A stretch of 53,774 bases of DNA from an uncultured Planctomycetales bacterium. GTDB taxonomy: Bacteria; Omnitrophota; Gorgyraeia; Gygaellales; Profunditerraquicolaceae. The stretch is from NCBI GenBank assembly GCA_964354585.1, contig CAYHAI010000102.1, positions 1 through 53,774 on the forward strand, in the 5' to 3' direction. The notes below the pieces were generated by a model. It was not told the DNA's origin. It was given only the letters and a program-made list of their open reading frames with translations, and searched no databases. Position numbers and translations under genes: made by a program. Shown here piece after piece: positions 1 through 15,000 of the stretch (positions within the stretch are counted from its first letter, which is position 1; each line of letters opens with the position of its first letter).

Positions 1-1
1 A

Positions 2-3000
2 ACATTCTGTAGTATTGCGCCTCTGCCACGATAGGGGCCAAGGCATTGGCCGACTATATAATATAGGTAACCCGGCTGCGGCAAAAGCCAGGCCCCGACC
101 AGCCACGAGAGAGGTAATCCGACTTAAATCCTGCCGCAACCGAGATAAAATCACCCGCCCCAAAACCACAGCTAAATAAATCGCGCCTATCAGACCTACG
201 AGGTATAGAAAGGTTAATCCTGCGCTGCCGGCAACAGGGCTGCATCCGCCGCAGAGGAGCGAAATTAAGGCTAAGGGCAAGAGGATGGAGTGGGATGATT
301 TAAGTTGTTTTACAGCTATTGTTCTGCGATAATGCCATTTAAATGCGGCGTATAATAAAGAGGTTACAAAAACTCCGACTGCAAGAGCATCAAACAATTT
401 GTTTAAGAATTTGCTTGTTTTCTTTGGCGGTATAATCCGGTCAAATTCAGCCTGCACCCATTCTGGTTGATTCTTGACATCCTCGCCTATTAGTATCTTT
501 AATATTTTTGCCACCGGACGTCGCCTCTCTTCATCTGCGGTAAAATTAGGCGAATAGGCTATGGAAACCGATTTGATTTGGCCTTTAAGGCGTGGGTAAA
601 AATCACCAAACTTATCAATAAGCTCCTGATGCCTTACTTCTTGCTTCGGGTTTTGATTAAGGGGATAATAGTTAGCATAGGCACCTAATTCTTTAAGTAG
701 CAAAACCTCCCTATTTTCACTCGGAAGTCTCGCACCAGCATAATTTGCATCCACGCTTAAGAATACTTCGGCATCGCCTACAATTTTGGCGATTGCATCG
801 GGATTATCCGAACTCATAATGTGAAGGATGACTATCCTCTTGTCCTCACTAAGATTAATTTGCGTCTCCGGATAACTTAAGGCGTGGAAATTTCTATAAA
901 TCAGCTTATCTTCGTTACTATCAAGAACTACCTCAAAGACATAATCACCATAGATAGATTTTGAGTCACTTTTTATTGCTTCTTGGGGAACAACCCAAAT
1001 CATCTCCATTGCTCCATGGTTATGACTAAAAAGACGTTCATGAAAAAGCGGCAATATCCATCGGCATATGTCCATTTCGCTAGCCGAACCTACCATACCC
1101 TTAAAGGTGAAGGACTCTCCTAAAAATGCCAATGATAGTAGGGATTCCTCGAACGGCGCTCTTAAGTCAGGATAGGCGTCCCAATTGATAAGAATCTTTT
1201 TACGATGGGAGTCAAAAGTCTTCTGCCAATGGGGGTCAACAAGCAGTGACCCCAAAAGACTACATTTTGCATGGGCATAAGTCATATTATCTCCCTGTGT
1301 CAAGCGAATGGGAGCTCCTTCAGTTGTCCGAGCAGGGGCCTGATTATTTTGATTTATTACCTCTAACTCCCTATATAATGGCTCATACCTTTCTAATAAT
1401 TGCTGGGAGAGGACAATATCTTTAGCCAGCCTTGAATCTTCTTCTTCCCAGCTTTCTTGAAAAGACCCAATCTGCGGGAACCCTCCATGGTATACTATAA
1501 AGAATCCTTTATTTCGAACTTTGTTATTTTGATTAACAAAAGTTACAGCAATATTTATTACCTGCAGACTACCAAAGATCTTTACTATAAATGGAGGGAG
1601 CTGCTCTATTGCAGTAAGCCATTTGGCTTTAGCTAAATCTGAATTATCTAAAAACATTGCTGCCTCAGCCCAATCACTCATATTCAGCGCATGAATAAAG
1701 TTCTTCCAGATGACGTATTTATCGTCTGTCTCTTTAATCTTGATACCCTGCTCTTCAAATAAGGACTGAATAAAGTCACCAAGGGTTTTCTTTTCTTTGC
1801 GCATTCTTTCTAATGCTTCTTCAACCTTTTGCATGTATATATCTCTAGGTATTATATGCCTAGAAAGACGGTTTTCTAGTCTAGAAATAATTATCCGTTT
1901 TATAATGAAATAAACAAACAGCCAAAATCCTATTATTACCGTAAGAACTTGTTTTGTAGTAATCCCGACCTTAAAAGAATCTATAATAGTTTTCTGTTGT
2001 TCTCTTCCTATTCCTTTTATCTTGGCGTCCCGCAACACTCTCTGTAATTCATCACGGCTACGATAAGGTCTATGAGCATTCAGCCATTTGGCCAGCTCAT
2101 TTATTGCTGGCTTATCCAAGCCTTCTATATTAAGCTTCTTTAAGTGGCGCCTAAGATCACCTTTTGTCGCGATATTAATATTAAAAGTTTCGGCTTTCTC
2201 CCCTCTATGGCTATCGTTTCGCTTTTCCCCAGATGTTTTTCCATCGCCATGAAATGCTGCGGCGGCTAATAAAGGGGATGTTTTCTTGATTGCTGTGGAC
2301 AACTTCTCTACTTCGGTACTGTTGGTGAGTTTGCGAGTAGACGAGTCTGAGCGTGGCTGAGGGCTCTTTTGGAAAACGATAACCGTGTCGTAAATCTTGG
2401 ACGTCTCATCTATGTAAGTAATATAACCACTTTGATTTTGCTTAAAACGTCCGTCTTCTCCCACATGACCGGCAAAAACATTCCATTTACCTTCTTGCTT
2501 TTTAACAACTTTTTGCAAATTCCGCATTAACTTTGCATTATCTTCGTCTTGTTGCATCACAATCCTTATCAATTCATTTAATTCCATTGGCTGAGGCAAA
2601 CTCCATCCTACTTGCCGTAAGGATGTTAGCGGATAGACTAAAATTACTTGTCCTCCAGGCTCAACCAGGTCAAAAATTTGTTCAACCCATTCTTGCGATA
2701 AATCCTTTACCCAAGGAGCCACATTCTGCAGTCTAATGGTTCCAACTTTCCCAAGAACTGTTTTTCTAGACATTGTTCTAACGTCCAAGTCAAGTATTTG
2801 AATATTATCTAAATTCAATACCCGCGTAAGCGTATGCCAAAAACGTATGACATAAGGAGAAATATCAGTAAGTAAAATTGGACGTTTGGGTGAACACTTT
2901 AATATGTCTGGCAAATAATCTTCGAAATTGGTACCGGTGGCAAGATCAACATAGGCGTACTCAGAAGTACTCACCGCAGACTTAGGCTTCGTGTAATAAG

Positions 3001-6000
3001 CCAATTTACGACCTATGGCTATCTGGTCAAAGTCGCTCAGCCCCTTCTCTGATTGCTTTATATTAGAACATTGCATGATTTTCTCGACCAAACCAACCAT
3101 CCGGTTATTCTGCAAAATCTGTTCCACGTGACGAAGTGCTTCCGGCATAAAACGTATGCCTACAATCAGGTAAGGAGCGCTTCTTAATTTATCTACGATA
3201 AGCTGACTTCTCCACACCTCTTCCTTGGAATTCATCATGTCTGCATAGACTTCAGCCACATAATTTGCAAAAACAACATCCGGGTTGCTGTTTATCTGTT
3301 CCATAAAATCTCTTTCCTCAGGATAGACCGCTAAAAATTGCCGGGTAAGCTCTTGGTTTAAAGCGTCCTTTTCGGTTTTTATTTGGGCTCGCTGAGACAC
3401 CGGTAATATCTTTGCTATAGGATATATAGCCGCAGCAGCCCCTGCTCCTAATAACCATGCGAAAAGCTCTCTGCGGGTTATGCCCACCCTAAATGCATCC
3501 GCAATGGCTTCTTGATGAAGTTTTTTAAATCCACTTATTCCCGTCCCCTGTAATGCTTTTCTGAAGGCCTCAGAATTACGATAAGGTCTATGTTCAAAAA
3601 TCCATTGAGCGAGTCGCTCTTTAGTTTCTCTATCCAATTCCACCAATGGAACGAGATTCTGTAAATGTTGTTTAAGTATGTCTAATCCTGCACGATTAAT
3701 ATTAGGGAGCTTAACTTTCTTCTTACGGCTATCGCTTCGTGAAGCTTCTACAAGCATCATCACTATCGTATGAGGCGTATTTTTGTTTGGTGATAAAGTT
3801 GTAAGTCTATCTCTACGATTAACTCTGGCTAAGGCAACAGATTGGGATAACCTAGATAAGAGCCACCAGATTAAGAATAAACCAAATCCCAAAGCTACCC
3901 ACACCCCCATAATAGGGCCGGGAAGACCTGGGGTTATACCTATATATATTAAAGTTAAAGTGGCTGCGGCAAGAGCCACCAGACCCTGACCAGCCACGAG
4001 AGAGATAATCCGACTTAAATCCTGCCGCAACCGAATCAACATCTGCCTCATCTTATCCCCAAGCCTTGTAAACCACTTAGGCAAAAGCAAGAATCCGCTA
4101 TTTTTAAGACTGTTGCTTGAGGATTTATCCTTTGGAGTATCGCGAAAACGGTCGCTGTCCCTATTTTTATTTTCAGGGATATTTTTGGTTTGGGGGTCGG
4201 TTCGCCAATGAACGGTTATCTTAGGCAGATTATGGATTTTGCGCATCATCATCTCAATATTGATATAAATTCTCACTGCCATTTTTGTCGCGCCCCAGAT
4301 AAGGAAGGCAAAGAGGTATTTAGTATCTCTTAATTTATAAATATTTATAAAACCATTGCGTAAAGTTCTCCACACCGTCTGCCAAAATGACCTATGAATA
4401 ATCTGCCATTTAGGGCCAAATAAATATTCTAATAAGTGGGAGTTATACTCAAATCTGGTTGCTCTAATGATGTGCCTTAATAATGTACTTGTGGATTTAA
4501 CATATACCTTGGCTCTTTTATCAATATGGGTTCGGTGGAAAGGATGTTGGGCTTTGCTATCAATAAAGAAAGCCGAAAGATATGTATCAGTTGAAATTGC
4601 AAAAGAAGGTAGCCCCGGATAACTCTCAGCATAAAACACGGTATGGGCTCCAAAGGGATAAAATATTCCGCTTCTGCTTCTCATAAAAGACGTTAATCTT
4701 TCCCAAGGATGGCTTCCTTTGAAAAACTCAATATCTGCGCCAACCAAACTTATTTTTCTGCTTTGAAGTAAACTTTCAACGCCAAAAGATAGGGCTCCTT
4801 CAGAAAATCTGACATCATCATCTAAGAAAGTGACAATATCGCTCTTGTTGCTCTTCGCAAATTCAACTAATGCATTCATGGCATTATTCTTGCCCTTCAT
4901 CGGTAAATCAATTACTACTAAAGGAACGCCAGGCAAAGACTCCAACCATCGCCTTTGATAATTTTCAATTAAACTCTGTCTTATCTGTCCTCTTTTTTCC
5001 GCATCAAGACCATTCACGCAAACCGCCACGGTTATCTGTCTTTCTTTAAAGCGGAGTAATTCCACCTCAAGATGTTCCAGTGTATCAATAATGCAGGGGT
5101 GGTTGGTGGGTATGGCGATAAGTATAGAATGCGGGTAGTCTATTGTGGCAGGTGATAATATTTCTCTTTGCCTTTCAGGCGAGAGGAGCTCATCAACATC
5201 AGTATAAATTGGCCCCAAATATTCTTGGCAAGGCATCTCTCTTTCGCTTCCATCTGACAAGTATATTCTTGCAGATACCTTTTTGCCAAAATAGGAATGG
5301 GCCACAAGAGGAAAATAAATTCCCATCCTGCAAGGCCGGTAAGAAACTTTTGATGGATTATTTTCTTTTCCTCTCCAGATTACTTTCACCTCTTGCGGAG
5401 GCGCTCTACCTCGATATGCTTCCAAACCCTCTGCTAAAAGAATATCTAAATTGGTAAAGCGCAATCTCATCAAAGAGCTTTCATATACCACTACTTCCGG
5501 ACTACCATAAGCATCAAGGCCGGTGACGATAATCTTAAACCGTATTTCTTCTGCGGGGATGTTCAGGCCCTTTACTAACGCATCAGCTTGAGGATGCTCT
5601 TTTATGAAGTCTAATTGTGAATAGGAAACCGAGTTTTCTTTAGAAATTAACTGGCAGGTTAAGCGATAATTACCCGCAGGCAGTGAAGAAATTTTTACGC
5701 CAACTTCTAAGTCTTTTGCCTCGGCGATTAAAGATACCCTAATTGGCGGATACGAAAGATTAATCAGATGGCGCAATCTCTTCAGAGTATATTTAAATAA
5801 AGAATGCGCAGGTAAATAAATCTCAATTATATCTTCTTCTTCAATTATTTGACCTTTAACCGCTTCGGGTTTATCAATTCGTTTATCACTATCCACAATC
5901 CTTACGCCCTTTCTAATCAGCTCTTCTGTCTTTAAGTGCGCCGGGCCAAGATAAGCGAGAATAAACCCAATCACCGCAATAATCCATTGTTTGAAGTAAA

Positions 6001-9000
6001 TACCACCGATGGCAAAAGCCAGACTACCAAAAATGGCCACCTTACTCCAGAACATTGCCTTTTCCTCTCCCCGCCTTGTTTTTATATATCCTTTGAGAAT
6101 CTGCCCGCCGTCAGTAGGATATACGGGTAAAAGATTAAAAGTAGCGACAGCTATGTTTGTGTACAAAAGACTCAAAATAATATTCCTGATTACCTGATAA
6201 GTATAGTTAGGTTCGAGGCTGTAGTCCTTTATATAATTTACTATTTCGGCTCCAGTATAAAGAGATAAAAATAGCATAGCCAAGAATAAACTCGCTATTG
6301 GCCCAGCCCAAAGAACGCTTGCTCTTTGCGGATGGTCAAAAAGGTTGACCTCAAAGAATTCTATAGGTCCAATGGCTGTTACCAGAACGCGCCTGGTCTT
6401 CACTCCATTGCGCCTGGCTTCCCAGACATGGGCAAATGCGTGTATCCCCACCGAAAGTAAAAGACCGATGTAGAGCGAAATGACAAACCAGGGTAGATTA
6501 CCTTTCTTAATAAGGTAATCTAAGATTAGCGGCGCTAATATCATTGACCAATGAATCTCTATCGGCGCGCCAAAAAGTGAGCCTGCCTTTAAGGAAATCG
6601 ATTTATGGTGCTCTACCACTTCTGTTGCTGGGAATAGAGTTATCTCGTTACTTATGCGCATAAGACGGATTAAAAGAAAGTAACCGACAATTGCTGCCAC
6701 GATAGGCAAAGTAACAGAAGAGCTCAATATACCTTCTACTGCCTGAGGTAGAACCCCCAGTATTATCAGCCCTAAACCCATAACCCCGGCTGCAACCTCA
6801 GGTAGAATCAAACCTTTCTTGCCTGTGTTTATCCTTTCCTTTCTCCTAAACTCTACCCACAATCTCCACGCCTCTGGAGGTTTTATGGATGGCTCGTCAG
6901 GAAAGGCAAGATAACTATTATTTCCTGAACGAAGAGGTATGGCGTGGTCTTTCACCTCTTTTATGCTGGCTTCCAGGTCTTCTTCAGTCATCAAAATAGG
7001 AGATAGTTTTATTATTTCATTGCTTGCACATTGCAGACGTCGTTCTAAGGCTAATATGTCCTTGCTGCCCTGAACACTTCCCTTTAAAATGTCAAAAAGG
7101 ACCTTGGCAATTGTAAAACAGGTTATCCTCTTACGCGCCGATTGCCAGTCAATTGCCCCTGAGTTCAAATACTCATCCACGAAACACTGCAGAGCCCCTA
7201 ATAACTCAGCAGTCTTTTCTGTTTTGGTTTTGATGGGTCCGGCCTTAGCGACTTTTACCTCTATGGGTTTAGATACTTCGGATTTAACCACCCTAGGTTT
7301 AGCCACTTCTGATTTAGCCACCTCAGATTTGCTGATTGCTTCAGGTTTAACTTTTTCTGCGCTTGGTTTATCAAAATGCTTCGGTGCTGTAGCCGCAATT
7401 GGTCTACTTTTTCTTTCAATTGCTGAGGGTTCTATCTTCGGTTTCTGTTCTGAAATTTCCCGTGGACTATCTTCTCTTACAGGCTTTCTCTTCGTTTCCT
7501 CTGCAGAAATTATCTTTAAATCTGGGTGGGGTGGACAGTCTGCGTTCATAAAGATATAGTGTGCAAGCTGGTGGATGGTCATTTTAGAATCAACCTGTTC
7601 TTGCATTATTTTTAGAAGGTCAGCCAAGGTCATTTCACCTTTTAGCTGGCTTATAATCTGTGCTTTCTTAGCATTTATTAAGGCTACCTTTTCTTCTTCT
7701 ACTATTCTTTCCCGTTGCCGTTCTGAAATTATCTCTAAATCTGGATGGGATGGACAGCGCCCACTAGAGAGATAGCGTTTGAGTTGAGCAAGTGTCATAT
7801 TAGGGTCAACTTTTTCTTGCATTTTATCCAACAACTCAGAGTGGGTCATCTTGCCTTTTTGCTGGGTTATAACCTCGGCTTTTTTAGTATACAAATCAGC
7901 TCTTTCTACATCTGTCATTCTTGCTTTCCACCAATTTAATCCCTGATGAGATTGCATACTTGGAATAAGCCTGCTCGCAGTCTCAGCTATCTTTGCATAT
8001 TTTCCTATCGTGGGATCTGGATCCTTGGTTAAGGCAAGCAAGTCGTCTTTCTCTAATCCTGACTCTAAAATCATCTGCACAATACCGCTTTGACGCGCCG
8101 AGAATCGTGCCATCCTGATAATTTTAGCCCTAAGTATTTGCAATCTTTGTCCCTTAGGGTTTAGTGCAACCATGGGTAGGATACTGGCAAGATATAAACT
8201 ACTCAAAAGTTTATCCGGCAATCCGCCACTTATACCTGTAGCAGCCCACCAATCCCGCAGCGCCTGGATAAAGTCTATTAAATGAGGGCTAAAATAGAGA
8301 ACCAATCCTGCGCTAAACATCAAGACAAATGGTGCGCTGCGCCAAATGAATGTTTTAAATTGTGAGGTGAAAATTCCTCGTTCGGTTTTACAGAAAACTT
8401 TATGGAATCCTAATAAAGCTAAGAGAATCAACACAAAAACAGCCATTGCATTAAATAGTAAAGAATGCAGCAAGATATATGGCACCATAATGGGATAATA
8501 GCGGCTTCTTTTTAATAGTTCAAAATTTGCATATATCTCCCATTGCGCCCTTAACCAAATTCGCCAGAAGAGGGTATTTTTCTGCTCGAGTATTGATTGC
8601 GTGGCTTCATCATAAGCAAAACCTAATGATCTTCTGATAATCAAATATCTTAATAACTGTCTAAAAATTAATACCTCCCGGGTAAAAAGTATTCTTTTTG
8701 CTACTTTGTCTTTTCCATTTTGTAATATCAACGTATAGGATTTAGCAGCTAAAAGGCCGAATCCTTTAACTTTTTGTAATGCCCTTAACAATGCAGCGTC
8801 TTTTCTTTGAACAGCCTTTTGTATTATATTGTCTGCCTCTTCAATGATTCTTTTTTCTGCCTTAAGTTGCGTTAAGCCAAAGGAATTAGAAAATGGAAAT
8901 AAACCCGCAAGAGATATAAATACGTAAAAAGATACTAAGAAGAAAATTAAATATTGAATGAATCTCTCATAATGACCAGAGAAAAATGGTCGTTTATAAA

Positions 9001-12000
9001 AGTAAATACCCGTTAGCGTAAACGAATTAATTGTTGCAGCAAATACAACATAGGCAAAAATGCTGTAGATTCTCTTTACAATATTTGTTTTTTTCTCAGG
9101 CAAGGTGGTTTTGACCAGTAAGGGTTTATTGATTACTTTTTCGCATGGGATAGCCTTGGTAAGTTTAGACGAATTTACATGCGCTGAATACAACTGTAGC
9201 GCATTGAAAAACATTCCTAAAATAATTATAATTACTATTGATTTTAATGTTAATTGTGCAAGATTAATAGCGGAAGTCTTGCCCACTGCGCTAGCAACAT
9301 CCGGCAATCCGCCGCTTATACCTGTAGCCGCCCACCAATGGCGCAGGGATTGGATAAACCCACTGATTTGCGGCCAGTGATTAAGCGTCCATACTCCCAA
9401 CACCGCCGCCACTGCCACCGCTGCCAGAGTCAAAATCATCACCCTGCCTGGGCGGGAATTGGGCGGCGATTTTCCTTCGAGGATATCGAGGTTTAAGAGC
9501 CCACCTTGTTGGGCATCGGAAGGAATTCTACCCTCCATCTGTTTAAGGATATATTTTATGGCTGGCGCAAGTTTCTGGAGCGCTTTATTACGAATCTGTC
9601 TAACGCGTTCTTTGGTAACATTTAATCTCCCCTTTCCTTTTTTTCCATTTTCTTTTTTTCCAATTTCTTCAAATGTCTCTTCTTGCCAATAATAGTAATA
9701 AATTACTATTCTTTCAGACTGGGTTAATCTGGCTTTGTGAATAGCTCTTGCAAATAAGTCTAAGTCTTCCAGGCACAACAATTCCTTATCTATATCCGCA
9801 GGCTCTGGGAAGGTTTCCAGGTTTGCCTCTCTAAAGAAAGCTACAGGTAAAGTGCTAGGATATTGCCTCGGGCTTAATTGATGGCTAAGGAATACTCTTC
9901 TAATTTTCGGCCAAATCTTTTTTGCCTTTGGACAGGCCTCTAAAAGCCGGGCATAAATATGCGGCGCCTTGTCCAACAACTCATCAAGCGTAACTGTATT
10001 TACATCAACATCCAAATAGCGTAAGGCATCAAGTATTTTGTTTCTTGTAACCATTCTTCGCCGGGCAATCTTCGCTATTACATCAGATTGATAATCACGC
10101 TCCAGAAGCATATCTACTGCCGCCGGCCAGCCGCCTAATTCACCTAATTCAGAGAAAATCATTTCCGCGCGCTTCACCAATAGTTGGTCAAAAGGCAATT
10201 CAGGCAGCCCAAAGGAAAGAGGAATAAGGTCTCCTCTTCTTTGCGCAAATAGTCTGCGCATTTCTCTGCGGAAGAACTCCAAGATTTCCCAAAGCTTGGC
10301 TTGCTTTCCAGGATCGGACCAACAATCTTTAGCAAATTCCGGCCAGCTCATCCCTCCAGGCAATCTTGGCCAAAAACGCCAAGGCGCTCTCTTAAAATGC
10401 GCTAACTGTCTTAATTTCTTATCCGGGGTAAAACAATATTTAACTTTTCCGTATTCGGGATGGCCTGTATCAACTACAAGAAACCATTGACCATTTTCAA
10501 AAATTGGCTTCTCCACCCTGGCTTTATGGCCTTTGGCGATTTTGGTAAGGTGGATTTCTACTCCTCCCATTCCAGAATATCCGTGCCTACCAAATTCTAT
10601 TTCAAAACCGTCTCCGCTAAAAGGCGGTTTCTGGGGATTATTATATATACCCTTTTTTGCAAACTGCGTGATTTGTCTTTTCTTTGCTGAAGCCACATCA
10701 GCCAAAACCTCGTCTATAATCTGAATGGCCTCTGGATATTTTTCTTGGTACTCTTTTCTTGTCTCTTGTTCGGCTTGGCAATGAGATTTTTTCTGGATTA
10801 CTTCTTTGTATTCATGGCGGGAAATATATTCTAAGACTAATTCGAGGATGCGCTGAATTTGCTGAGGAAATCTCCTTTTTATTTTTAAACTAAGCGTAAA
10901 AGGAAAACCTGGCGAGAAGATAACCCTTAAACAAGCTCCATCATATCTGCCAAAGGCGTATTTATCTGGCAGGTCTTTTGGCGGCGGGGCTCGGGAATCA
11001 AAAGATTTTATCACATAGAATATAACCGGTTTTCCTCCAACTTCTATCTTGAGCTTATTGTATTTATTTAAGCACCTAATTTTGATAGTTTTATCCTTTA
11101 TTCCTTTGGTCAGATAGCGCAAGCCTTCCTTTTTGAGGTTGCCCAAGAAGCCGAATCCTCCATCTATCCCGCCGCTGGGGTGGCCGAAGGAGGATATCTT
11201 ATTTAAAATTAAGGCTAATCGTTCGTCATACTTTTTTTCTAAAGCCTCAAACTTGTCTGGTTCTTTCTTTCGTAAGTCTGCTTCAAGCAAAAGCTCCTCT
11301 TGGCTATAATCTCTAATATATTCGGCCACGGCTTTCAGGATCTCCTCAGGATAATCTCCTTCTACCAACACATCATATTCACTTCCCGCCTCTCCTTTAG
11401 GCATAATGGCTAATCTAGTTAAGGCACCTAGATAACGGCGGGTATAGATATCAAGAATCTCCTTTGGATCTGTTGAGTCAAATTTCTCTCTGTAATGTAA
11501 ACCAAATAGAACGTAACACGCATTAGCAGTTACTGCATTTAAATTAGAAAAACCTTCTCTCCTTTTCTTTGCCCCTATTAACTCTGCTATTGTCTCAAAA
11601 TCTATCCCCGGATTAATAGTATCAGGGTTAATATAAATTTTAATCCCTGTTGTCTCATAAAGTTGTATAATTAGTCTGGACAAAATTACGACAGGAGATT
11701 GATGAAATCCTTTTGGTAAATTACATTGCACCTTATTTATGCGGTAAAAGCCTTTTCCGCTTTTATTTTTATACACCTCTAAACACCTCTTGGCAAACGC
11801 CTCATTCTCTTTGTCTGACCTGCCCAGGCGGACGCCAGCTTCGTGGATAAGGGTGATGAGGAGCTCTTTTTTGTTTTCGGGCTCAAGCAGGGATTCGCCA
11901 GGGGTAGTATCAAGATGAAGCACTTCATAGTTAGTTTGAGCTTCTTCTCTTACTACACCATAGAGATTAGGCATTGGCCCGGCGCGGCTTTCAATTGCGG

Positions 12001-15000
12001 CCATTTCTTTTAAGGAACGAACAATCTTTTTATCACTTTCAGCTAACCCTTGCGCCTCTTTTATAGTAGCCAGCAGATATTTTATTTTTTGAAAATCGGT
12101 AATAGGTAAATTATCTTTGATTTCCTTCTGGATTGCCTTTTCTTTCGCAACCGGCTCTTTAGGCAGTTTACTCGTCGGTTTTTCGCGGTGAGGATCCTGC
12201 ATCGCCACATTCATCCCGCCGCTGGCCGGGCCAGAAGCCGAGCCGTCCCCAATTATTTCCCCATTTATTCCGGCTGTGGTAGAAAGAGCAAAGACGAAAT
12301 CACATTTTGTTATGTCAGCTGCATCGCCGATCGGGACAAAACCCCGCTTTACAAGGAATTCAGGAACGCCGGATTCTTTTGCTTCTAACGCAATAGTTTG
12401 ATCCGATAATGATACCAGCTTCGGAAAGATGAATCTGCGTGGAAGCGCATGAATATTATCGTTATAAGCCGCATACAATATCAATTTAAGAGCCTTTTCG
12501 CCCAAGCCTCTGTGCCGATATTGCGAAAATATCAAGAATCTAAAATAAGCGTCTTCCCATTTTTCGCCGGCACGATACACGTATCCATACCCGACCATCT
12601 TATCTTTATCGTCAAGAATCATGTAATACCGAGACCATGTGGCAAATATATCAATAAAACATATGATACTTTCTCCGGGAATCGAGCATTTGTCAACATA
12701 TGACAAATCGGTATCTTCGGCTATTATCTTTTTGAATTTACGCAAAATAAAGAAACTGAATGCTATGCTAAGATTACGCGAGTCAAGTTCGCTATCAAAT
12801 CTTGCAGCTAGGCGACGCGCTGTTCGTTCATCAAGAGAGCGTCTCTCAACCGGACCGTTTATTACGAACGCGCATATCTCATTTGACTTAGCAAACTTCT
12901 CATGCTCCTCATCCGTCTGTTCAGGATAAACCAAAGCATGGCCTTCGTAGAAGAAGTCTGCTATTGTGGGGTTATCAATGAGAATAACGATTATGTTGGG
13001 CTCGGAACGCAGGTTTAAGATACGGACTGTTGTGTTGCGGTTCTTTTGAAATGCCTTGATTTCTTTACTCAGGTTAGATTTTTCAGGTTCAGGAGGGCCG
13101 GTTTTGACAATAAGATTCTCTAAGATTTCAACTATGTTAGAATCACCCTGGTTATCCTTTAATACCTGAATAGCTGCCTGCCTTAGCTGGTCATATTCGG
13201 TAGTCTTAGGCAAAGCCTTGATTTCCTTTGTATTTCTATCCCTGATAGTCTTTAATTCTTCCATTGCTTTTGTATCGGCCAGGGGCGGGTCGCAGCGAGC
13301 GGGGTCAAGAGAAATCGGCTTGACATAAGTTGTCAAAAATGGTATGTTTGTAATAGAGTTAGGAGGTAAGTAACTATGAATGCAAGAGCTAAAGAAGCCA
13401 AAAGGCACCTGGAAAAATTGCGTAAATTGGTCGCTAATACTCCATCCCCTTTTCAAGGAATGACTCTTGAAGAGGCAATCGCAAAGATGCGAAAAACCAG
13501 GGAACAGCTGTGGGAGGAAAAACTTGCACTTCGTTCTTGATACAAATGAATTTGTGGGCGCAACAGGATTAATCCGCAACCCGCCCTCAGAAACCCTCTT
13601 TAATATTCTAACAGAATCATCGCCAAAGCATACTATCCATATTCCTCGATTGATAATCAACGAAATAAAACGCAATATCCCCCCTAATATTTTTACAGAA
13701 TTTATAAAAACTGTTATTCCGATCGCTATCATTGATGAGGACATCTCAGTGCCTTTTGAGATAGGCATAAGATATGAATCTCTTGGTCTAAAACCTGCGG
13801 ATGCCTTTATTGCCGCATATACAGAATGGACCGGCGCCGACGTATTAGTAACTGAGAATAGACACTTCCTGTCTCGCCATAACCTTCCCTTTAAAGTCCT
13901 TACCGCCGAAGCCTGCCTTAAAGTTTTAGGTAAATAAACCAACCCGCCGCTGGGGTGGCCAAAAACGCTACTTAGTTGTTCAAGCACAGCGTCATACTCA
14001 TCTGAATAAGACCAGAATATTTCAGGGTATCTTTTTACGATGCTCAGAGGAATTAAAATAATGCCGACATCTTCAGCTAACTCTGATAAATCACCGGCAG
14101 CATCTAAAATAAAATCATATCCGGCTAAAGAGATAATCAGGTAAGTATGGTGTTCGTATCCCTGAAATCTATCGTCTTCTCGGTTAAAAATGGAAGAATG
14201 TATTTCATAATATAGAATATCTTTTATCTGTTCGGCCATTTCCCCAGAAGCCCTGCCACAAGGATTTATCTTAAAGTCGGATTGCTTAACCTTTACTCTT
14301 GTCTCATCGAGCTTATCAAAACGGGCTGCTAATGCTTCCACTTGCTCAAGCTGAGCCCTGTTTAATCTTTGGCCAGCATTTAATTCTTCCAAAATAGGCA
14401 GAATACGGCTCTTAAAATTCCTCGCCTCAAATCCTGTATACCTTGTAAAATCAGCTCTACTAATCCACATTCCCGGCAAAATTCCGGCAAAAAGTAGCCC
14501 TAAAGGCAATTTGCTTACCGTAGCAAAATGGTGACCAGAAAACAAATGGCTACCAACCAGCGTTACAATAGCGGCTGCGGCAAGAGCCACTAGGCCCCAA
14601 CCAGCCACGGTGAGGAAGCCCGAAGAAAATACCTGCCGCAAACGCATCTTTAAATATTCTTGACTTGGAGATAAATATATAGTATGCTCTTTGACAGAAA
14701 GAGGTGAAGAGTTATGCGAAAAGATATCAAAAAATCTATGGAACGAATTAACAAAATCCAACAACTTATGTCTAAAGTTCGCTCTCCTTATCGTGGCAAG
14801 AGTAAACAAGAAATAGTTGAGGAAATCCGCAAGACAAGAGAAAGAATCTGGGAGGAAAAGTTTGCTATTCATTCTCGATAGTAATGAGTATATATTTGCC
14901 CTTGGTGCAGTTCGAGACCCAAACAGCGAAAAAGTCCTAAAGAAAATAGCGGAACGGCCCGAAGACATCTTTGTGCGTATAACAAGATTAATTATTGAGG

